Positions 54,501 through 64,000 of a stretch of 64,000 bases of DNA are shown piece by piece. The notes under the pieces were generated by a model. The model was given only the letters and a program-made list of their open reading frames with translations. It had not been told where the DNA came from and ran no database searches. Made by a program: the position numbers and the translations under genes. Source of the stretch: Trichoplax adhaerens (lineage: Eukaryota; Animalia; Placozoa); contig NW_002060947.1 in the NCBI RefSeq assembly GCF_000150275.1, positions 1,674,809-1,738,808 on the forward strand, in the 5' to 3' direction. Numbering within the stretch: the stretch's first letter is position 1; every line of letters begins with the position of its first letter.

Positions 54501-57500
54501 ATGCTGTAATCTATTTGGTTTGTATCTTGATATAGTAAGATCGGAAGCTTGCCAACTAATGATTTATTCCTTAATGAAATTACCCATTGATATATCAGTC
54601 GCAAAAGAAACTCTTCAGGTAGGTAAATTAAACGAGCAATTTATACATTCTTATGGTACAACGTAATATCTTAATAATGCTTATTGATTAGGCTCAATAA
54701 TAAATATTTATCACCATCAGTGATTCATATATCATGTTTACTTTGCGTGGTATAACTATAAATCACTTTCTTTCTACAGATCACGCATAAGTGTAGCCGG
54801 GGATGGCTAGGTTATAATGCGCTCATTATTTCTCATTTTTATTCTTAATTTTTTTTCCTTTTGGTAATAAAAATGCAGTTAAATTTCATATTTTTAGACT
54901 TTGCTAGTTAATTATTATCTACAGTATATACCGCATTAGTAAATTAATTTGTTAGATGAAATTTGTTAAATTTGTTTTTACCTAGCTTTACGAAATGAAA
55001 CTCGTTCTAGGGAAATGTTAGATTTGGCCGCTGAAGTAAGTCCAAAAGAGATATGTTAAAGCATTGTCTTAAAACGATTTAGAGATGTTAAATACTTAGA
55101 ATAGTAACTGCCTAAAGTACTAATAACAGAATGTAAATTTATTTTTAAAATTGTAATAAATCTTTACTGGCTAGCTGTATCTGAAGTACAAATCCAAAAC
55201 TAGCTGCGGTCTGAACAATCCTAAGGATGGTGTTTCATATTACCTGGAATTTCTTTCCGAAGCTATGCTAATTTACTGTAGTATTTGTGAAAATGTATGT
55301 CTGTACTTGAATGATCCAGGATCTACCATTAGGATGGTCTCGCTAAAAGTCATTTTTTTAGATTACTAATATATAGATTAGCTAACAATTACCTAATCTA
55401 TTAGTAATTATTTTATCAGGCTCTAGCTAAGCGACAGTTCGATCAAGCTTTTGATTATTTTGCCAAAGCAGAGAATATAAAGAAGGATCTCCCTTGTCTG
55501 GTACCTTCTTGCTGTATTAGTAAGAGACTATTTCTACGTAAATAACAATTACGAACGACGATTTATATTGATTACATTTAGGGAAAAAAACTAGTAGCAA
55601 TAAGTTACAACTTTGGAGTTGATATGTTTGATAGCCAAAACTATAAACAAAGCGTCAAGTGGCTACAGTAAGCAGAATTATTTAATCAAGCTGTATCATG
55701 GAATTTCAAACATATTTACTAACTCTACTACATTTAGGTTTCAGTTAAAAATTTTTTACCGATATTGTAAATAAATTTATTAGGAAATCTCGATACCTTG
55801 CTAAATATTTGTACGACCTGGAGGGTAGTAAGAAGGTGTTTAGGGGATACGCTATAATTCTTTCCTGAAATTTCTCTAATGTTAATTATTAGTAATGATT
55901 ACGGGTACTTGACTATAATTTTTCAGTTTAGATGCTTACTAATTATTGCTTTTATATTTACCATTAGGCTAGAATATTACGTTTACTTGCGAATGCATAC
56001 ATTCATTGGGATATTGAAGAGTACTATGAAATGGCATGGAATGCCGTAGGTAAATTGCTGTTTCTTAATGTGGATACGATATACCAGTCTAGGTTGTTTG
56101 CATACTGAGTTATAAGTGTTTCTAATATTATCATATGGCTATGATGGATCACTATCCAATTTGAATCCTTACTCAAATTTTATTATAGAAGATGCAAATA
56201 ATGTATGTTATACTTCTAGGTCATTTCCGACCTTTATCGTTAGTAGCATAGTACATTGTTCGGATTTCTATCAATGAATTTTCTAATTACGAGAAACAAT
56301 TTGTTGCAAAGTGAAACTATGCTTGATTACTTATTTCGTATCACAGTTACATTCTCATCCTTTTGGGTTTTACTTAAAATTGAAGCTTTTATTCCAGCGT
56401 AATCACGCTAACATTAAAGAAATTCACTCCAGTAAGCTGTTCAATATGCTAATCTTTGAAGAAATAATTTTTTTATGAGCCTAATGATCGATTTAGTAAT
56501 TAATCATTAACTGGCTAATGTAGTACTTAACATATTTGTGTGCTTGTCTTACAAAAGCTGTTGAGTTGGCATTTAACCTTCCAGATATGACAATCAATAT
56601 GGGGCTCAGCTTTTTGGAATTAGTGAAGAGTCACGACAATTTGTTAGTATACTAATTAATACAGTACTTCTCTCGCTAAATACTGTTACTTCATTAAATT
56701 TTTATGTAAAGCGCCTAGATCTTGCACTTTGCCTGTAGTACCCACTGTATGTTTGCAATCATACATCTTCATGAAATGCTTTTGCTATTGTACGGCATGG
56801 TAGTATGATCGTAGATAGTGTGTAACCAACTCATTAAAATAGATTTTTATAAATTATATCTTGATCCTATATTATGATAGGTATACTGTTGCCAATGCGA
56901 TACTTCGAATGCTCTGTATCAGATTTGATAGTTCGATGAAGGTTATAATGGTAAAAATTGCTTTATTGGTACGTCTTTATATGTATATTGAATCTGAAAT
57001 TTCAAATGTTAATCAGCTCTTTAATATCAATAAATCAAATTTGCTGATGCAATGATCTAACTGTTGGTATTTACATGTAATCGCAATATAATCTATACTT
57101 GCCATTTAGGAACGTCTTATTAACGGAGGAGAATTACATGAGGCAAAACAGTTGGTAGAAGGATTGGTTGAAGGTCAATATAACGCAATATATTTATCAT
57201 ATTAGCTCTTGTTTCTTATATTTTTAAGGCGTCTGGAATTATAAACTGTTTTTCCTAAGAAATACTGTATATTAATTCAGTTTAATTCTTTGAATAAATG
57301 AATATCAATTTAAATCTTTTCTGTACTATGCTGATTGGATTAGAGCAAAATAAGAAAAATAAGATAACGTCACAAATGCTAAAGAAACTGAAATTCCTTT
57401 TACAGAATCAAGCATATCAGTTCTACCAAGTAACAAAATAAAATATTTTAATCAAATTTCACTTAAAATTAAGTAATATCTGTCATGACATACATGTATT

Positions 57501-60500
57501 ATATCCGAAGGCTGGTAAATTCTCTGAGGCAACTGAATGGTATAACTTCTGTTTGCACCTAGCCAAGGAGAGTGAAATGGAATTAATTCTTAGTTTGCTG
57601 GTACGATGAATGTTGAGAGAATAAAATCAATAAAGCTGCTAATTATTTCTTCTTTAATCTCAGATTAATTTAAGCTGCTGTCATATCATGCGAAAAGAAT
57701 TTAATGAGGTTAGGAGAATAATTCTAGTTGGTAACTAAGACAGACACTCGGCTACCATACAATGCCTTTCATAAATATAAAGTGCTACATCACAAACTTA
57801 ATAGATTATGCTATATGCATACTGCTAGTTTCTACTGTTGCGTAACCAATCTTGAAATTATTTGCTCTTATTGATGCATTTAGGCTCAAAAAGCCGTTGA
57901 TAAAGGAAAAAATATTCAGCCTAGCTGTCCTTTTATGTATTATCTAGAAGCCAAGATTGGATTAATGGCCAATGACAGCGAAAAAGGTTTTGTTACCTCT
58001 TTAATTGACTAAATAGTAACAAATTCTATCATCAATTAAGAAATTTTCTATGTTGAAACATAGTGATGAACGCGCTTTCAGATCTTGTGAATTTAGAAGT
58101 AAATAAAAAAGAAGATAAATTTGGGCTAGTTTGTGTTATACTGCAAATATCAATGAAGGTATATATATTTAGTATACACATATGTAGCAATTCTGATGAA
58201 TATATATATACAATATTAAACGGTAATCTTCGGTAGTAAATTTTTTATTGCTTTACAATTATGACGCGTACTTTTTGTTTTATCAATAGCAAAATAGTTT
58301 AGACGTAGTGGGAAAAGCCTTACATTACTTGACGGCCTCAAACTCCTTGGACTATCAGAATTTAATAGTACTCTTAAAGTGAGTTTATGGATTAAAAGAA
58401 TGCAAATAAATAAAAATAATGGCACTTTTATATTCATTTATCAAGCTTTGTTCTAGAGAATTTAGTGACTAAGTTTATATCACAAGATTACAGTATCGTA
58501 GCTCCGATTTTATACTTCCTTTGGTAGCCTGACCTTTTCGTGACCTCCATTTATTACAAGATATTATTTTTCATTAGATTTTATATAATGTTGCTGTTGA
58601 AAGCTAATTGGAGAATACGAGATTGGTAAGTTATGAAAAACAACTCAGATTTATAGGAGTTGACATTTTTTAATCGTATGATTATCTGATTTCATTATTT
58701 TAGCTGCGAGAATATTATTTACTGCTTTGATGAAGGTATACACTATGGCCAGGGTAGTAGTGTAGCTTAGTAAAATTACACTGAGTTTGTAGAATGATCT
58801 TATGATGATAAGGTGGCTTCTCTTAATGCTGTTATAGCTCATAAGATTATGCTAAATAGTCTTTCCAGCCAGAAAGTAAATTTATCTAATGATGCAGTCT
58901 GGTTCATGAAAGCAGGTTTGATGGTATATAAAATGTGTACGCTTGCACGTAGTTTACGTTATAACAAGAATTAAAATCTCACAATATAGCATGGAATATG
59001 GCATTGAAGAATCGTAAATTAGCCACAGTGGAACAACTAAATCGATATTTTGTTCTGTCGTACCAGGTAACCCATAAATTAATATGATATAATTAATGAT
59101 ATTCGTATGGAAATTTATACAGTTTGTGGACGAATAATGTTTCTTCTGGTCTTAGGATGATATATATAACGCTATTTTCAGTTTTCTACTTTCTGCCCAG
59201 AAACGAAGGTAATAGTTTCTCATCAGATGATATGCCTTATAATGGATGCTGCTACCAAATTGCGTTTTGTGAATGAGTCGCTACACAACAATATTGAAGA
59301 GGTACAATACTATATCGAAAGTTAGTACAGGATTTTAAATATCAGTGAAATTTTTAATTTCCTTTGATGTTACTAACGGATATAAAGTATACCTGTCGGT
59401 ACTTTAGTATTTTTCGGAAAGTAATATTTGTTTTAATTGAAATTTCTTAGAGGCGAATGCTAGTCAGTATTACAGAGATTGGAACGAAATTTTTCCAGAA
59501 TAGGCGTATTCTAACAAAACTCAATGATGATTTCGACAGTAAGTGAGATTAAAAGTGTGATGATTTTATGTTTAGTAAAACAGATAAGATAGATTTAATT
59601 ATATTTTTGAAACTAAACTTAAGATGCCCTACATTGTACTTACCAATTTATCTATATCCAATCGCTAGAGGCAAATACTATATAAGCTTATGCCATTATT
59701 TTCAAATCTTTACTTTCAATTTACAGAATCGATGAAAAATTTAACGATCCTTATGTTGCTTTACGAAATTGAAGCTTTTGCAAAGCTTGATGACTTAGAA
59801 AACTTAATGAAACCTCTAGATACTCTATTAGATTTAAGCTTGGATGTTCCAGTTTTAAGCCATATTGCAGGTAAATGTTTAAGTAGCTGAACCTATATTC
59901 ACTATAGTATTTACTCTTAAAATTGTATAGATTCTCGGTACATTTATCGCTATGTTTATTCTATTCTACAATATCAAATTTATTAATTATAATTTTCCCA
60001 TTTCTAGCTATTATGCGAACTTTCGATCTATCCGAAAAATACGTAATCCCGCAATTAAAGATTTTAGACTGTATTTACCGACTGTGCTTACCAAATGAAA
60101 ATGATAATGATAAATTCAAAAGCTTATGCATACTTCAGCGTTCAATCCTTACTTCCCTAATAGACAAGAACTTTACAGATATTAATATTTCTGATTTATT
60201 ATGGAGCAAACTGAAGCAATTTTTGGATGTAGTGATTAAAAGACGAAAGGTAAAACTATTTTTTATGGCTCTTTATAGTTTAATTCATTGTATTCTATAT
60301 TCCTTAGTAAGAGGTGTTACAATATACTGAGGCATTATAATTTGCTTCATTTGCTTCATTTCCTAATATTCTTTTCATCAGTAATTGTAATATACAGATA
60401 TTGAATCTGAAGCAATTTGTCTTCTGTTGATATTTAATAAGCATTTTGCCGAAAAGGAATTAATTTGGTTCATAATAAAATGCTGGAATAAAGGCTGGGA

Positions 60501-60854
60501 GAGATTTGCGTACGTTGGATGTCAAACTTTGAGAATCAGTCGTTCATTTTAACTTTTAGTGAAAATTTTATCTTTGGTATTACTTAATCAGAATTTAGCT
60601 CTATATTTTCTCATTAAATTGAAAACATTCTAGTGCAATGAAATACAGAGATGGTGAAAAATGGTGCTCGGTCAGTATAAAAGTTTTAAATCTTTTGCCT
60701 AAATGCAACTATATCCTCAAGGGGAAGGTAATTGTTATGAATTCAAGACCTTGAAACGATTATTATTAGTACGAGTTTTATACGGCATTTCTATTTTGGT
60801 ATGTTTATATAGATAATGAAATACTATCCAGATATTGTTTCGAAGATCGAGTAA
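51562..60854 (+). CDS. TEX11: TEX11/Zip4/Spo22 meiotic TPR protein, more than 25 short exons (first exons uncertain)
   Basis: Spliced exons give CGVQLWR..|LRSEACQLM..|ITHKCSRGWL|..SYNFGVDMFDSQNYKQSVKWLQ|..ARILRLLANAYIHWDIEEYYEMAWNAV|EDANN|LHSHPFGFYLKLKLL..EATEWYNFCL..WFMKAAWNMAL..LIWFIIKCWNKG..GEKWCS..IMKYYPDIVSKIE* (TAA 60852-60854). This is collinear with human TEX11 (YNFGVE, AKVLRLLATNYLDWD, PGLFLKMKILL). Confidence 0.87.
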
Positions 60855-61532
60855 TGAATGATGGAGTCGGTAAAGAATTAAGAACCAGGTATGGCAATGC
60901 CAGGTGAAATATTGTCAAGCATCGAACTCGTGTAGGCTATAACACTTTACATATTTTCTGATTGATTAATCGCTTGATTCTGTCGATTTGCAATGAAAAA
61001 GCTTATTATACATAGAGTATCATTCATATTTACAAATTTGAAGGAAAGCTATCTTGGCGTTCTTTCAGTCTTGATGTATCGCGATATAAGGTGTAGTATT
61101 TTATGCAAGTGTTTATTCTGAACAGTTAATACTTTTTGTAGGCAGCTGCTACTTTATACTTAAAATTTATTTCGGAACATGTTCCGGATATGGGAACTTT
61201 ACCTACTTAACATGTACACGAAAATGCGCATATGTATCTGTACATGTTACTGCATTTTTTAACACTTTCTAAATTGTAAAATCGTTTCAGTATTACACTC
61301 CTTGACTAGTAAAAACATAATGCTCTGAACAAATAATGTAATCATGACTTTATTATAAGTTTAACATCAACATTAGCATATATTCATATTCTTTACAGAA
61401 AGTAATCAATTTCTTATTGTCAGAATAGTTGCAAGAGTAAAAAGGTACCGAAAAAATGTAAGGAATTACTAACCGTATATTGGACGTATGAGTTANAGTA
61501 ACAATTTAGTTTTTGAAAACCAAAAATGTTAA

Positions 61533-61582
61533 NNNNNNNNNNNNNNNNNNNNNNNNNNNNNNNNNNNNNNNNNNNNNNNNNN
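61533..61582. other. Assembly gap (50 N)
   Basis: Run of N. Confidence 1.
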
Positions 61583-64000
61583 ACGTCTGCATATAAGATT
61601 TTACCTACTTTGGGCTTGATTTAAGTTGCAATTGGTTAATACTCTTGCTCTAAATCGATATGTATTCTAGGGCTACGTCTACGTAAAAGATTTTATCTAC
61701 TTTAGGCTTGATTGAAGTAGCAATTTGTTAATACTCTTGCTCCAAATCGATATGTATTCTTGGGCTACGTCTGCATATAAGATTTTATCTACAGTACTTT
61801 GGGCTTGATTTAAGTTGCAATTGGTTAATACTCTTGTTTCAAAATCGTTATGTATTCTTGGGCTACGTCTACATATACAGTAAGATTTTATCTACAGAAC
61901 ACTTTGGGCTTGATTTGGCCGACATAGTTTATTTATTTTCCTTAGTGCCAGCGAAGTTAATCCCACTGTATGTACTGGTAAACTATAGAGAGTAGAGTAG
62001 AGTACCGTCCATCCAATATTGGACTGCTTGTATAAACAGAGAGTGCAACGCTTATTTGTCATAACTATGGTATTTCAACTTGAATTGTTATAACAATCTT
62101 GTTGATGGCTATTTTATGGGAAATACAAGTCTAGTGTAAGATACCAGAAGCGAATGGATCGGATACTGGATAGTCATGAAGGCCAATGGAAAAATACAGA
62201 CTGAGAATATGGATTGTATTCGTCTACGAATTCTGGTCGGAAAGCAATGTGTTGGCAGCAATTGACACTGACATGTGTAGACAGCGCAGCATTGCAATCA
62301 TGCTCGCAACTGATTGGAAATACTGTTGTAACCTATCCTAGAGTGGCAGAAAGAAGTGAATACTAGTCCATAGCACCACATGTCATGGATATTTTGAATA
62401 CTGTCAAGGAAATGGTTGCCCAATGAGTTGATGTTTGTCGACAGTCAGAATTTGATGTTGAGTAAATAGTCATTGCAAGTATTGTCTATAGCNNNNNNNN
62501 NNNNNNNNNNNNNNNNNNNNNNNNNNNNNNNNNNNNNNNNNNNNNNNNNNNNNNNNNNNNNNNNNNNNNNNNNNNNNNNNNNNNNNNNNNNNNNNNNNNN
62601 NNNNNNNNNNNNNNNNNNNNNNNNNNNNNNNNNNNNNNNNNNNNNNNNNNNNNNNNNNNNNNNNNNNNNNNNNNNNNNNNNNNNNNNNNNNNNNNNNNNN
62701 NNNNNNNNNNNNNNNNNNNNNNNNNNNNNNNNNNNNNNNNNNNNNNNNNNNNNNNNNNNNNNNNNNNNNNNNNNNNNNNNNNNNNNNNNNNNNNNNNNNN
62801 NNNNNNNNNNNNNNNNNNNNNNNNNNNNNNNNNNNNNNNNNNNNNNNNNNNNNNNNNNNNNNNNNNNNNNNNNNNNNNNNNNNNNNNNNNNNNNNNNNNN
62901 NNNNNNNNNNNNNNNNNNNNNNNNNNNNNNNNNNNNNNNNNNNNNNNNNNNNNNNNNNNNNNNNNNNNNNNNNNNNNNNNNNNNNNNNNNNNNNNNNNNN
63001 NNNNNNNNNNNNNNNNNNNNNNNNNNNNNNNNNNNNNNNNNNNNNNNNNNNNNNNNNNNNNNNNNNNNNNNNNNNNNNNNNNNNNNNNNNNNNNNNNNNN
63101 NNNNNNNNNNNNAGTCCAGTACAGAACGTTGAATTTATACAGTTTAATACTGTACACTACGGTACTGGAAGTGAAGGTCACTATATCGTCCGGGACTTGG
63201 TTTGGACTACCTTACTGTACAATGTACTGTACTGTAGTGTGTACAGTACTGTAAATTAGTATGAACCATACGGTACTCTACTGTACTGTACTGTAGTGTA
63301 CTGGAATTGAGGTCACGATATCCGTCCGGATTTGGTTTGTACTATTTTCCTGCAGTACTGTACAATGTACTGTAGTGTGCAAATTAGTTTGAATCATACT
63401 GTACTGGAAGTAAAGGTCACGATATCCGTCCGGACTTGGCTTGTACTCTTTTCCTACAGTACATACTGTACAGTGTACAGCATATAGTACAGTAGTGCAA
63501 ATTAGTATGAAGTTCATACTGTACTATGAACCATACAGTACTATACTGGAAGTGAAGGTCACGATATCCGTCCGGATTTGGTTTGTACTATTTTCCTACA
63601 GTACTGTACAATGTACTGGACAGTACTGGAAGTAAAGGTCACGATATCCGTCCGGACTTGGCTTGTACTCTTTTCCTACAGTACATACTGTACAGTGTAC
63701 AGCATATAGTACTGTACAGTAGTGCAAATTAGTATGAAGTTCATACTGTACTATGAACCATACAGTACTGTACTGGAAGTGAAGGTCACGATATCCGTCC
63801 GGATTTGGTGAGGAACTGAGTCAGGTCTAACTGAGTGAGTACTATTTTCATACAGTGTACAGACAGTCCCGTACAGTATAAACTCAATGGACTGTACAGT
63901 GTACAGTGTGCAGTACAGTCTTGTACGGTACTAGTGCGCAAATTCAGAAAAGGTCACGATATCCGTCCAGATTTGGTGAGGACTATTTCCATACAGTACA
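61583..64000 (+). repeat. Second near-identical direct copy of 10106-12762 (92-bp array end, core, motif array), interrupted by an N gap and truncated by the window end
   Basis: 61583-62492 matches 10106-11015 and 63113-64000 matches 11875-12762, with only a handful of differences (e.g. atgc/atcc, ggctaatagg/ggccaatgga). Confidence 0.97.
62493..63112. other. Assembly gap (620 N)
   Basis: Run of N. The corresponding stretch in the first copy is about 860 bp. Confidence 1.

Noticed and set aside
61173-61186. Palindrome CGGAACATGTTCCG resembling a p53 half-site
   Set aside because: Only one decamer half-site is present, with no supporting context.
62473-63181. 219-aa and 231-aa ORFs
   Set aside because: Artefacts of the N gap.

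Overview
AT-rich, intron-rich eukaryotic (animal) genomic DNA with short GT-AG introns and two N gaps. The style suggests an early-branching animal such as the placozoan Trichoplax, which is inference only. Six spliced genes were reconstructed by hand: NPAT (+, 847-5378), MFSD9 (-, 6143-7877, 5' exon uncertain), SF3A3 (+, 13185-17469), SRRM1 (+, 21255-24830), FoxO (+, 41821-45406) and TEX11/Zip4 (+, ~51562-60854). Family assignments rest on remembered human sequences, not on a search. Non-genic structure includes: (i) a ~3.5-kb composite repeat (92-bp tandem array, unique core with a GC-rich multi-stem, and a foldback array of a conserved ~25-nt motif carrying TNAAGGTCA sites), with a near-identical second copy at 61583-64000; (ii) a 6-copy 167-bp tandem array in which every unit carries an intact 43-44 aa ORF; (iii) an old ~80-bp satellite; (iv) a probable decayed PC-esterase/SGNH pseudogene in the ~17-kb gene-poor region upstream of FoxO; (v) a 26-bp-stem hairpin. 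No CRISPR array, tRNA or rRNA gene was recognised.
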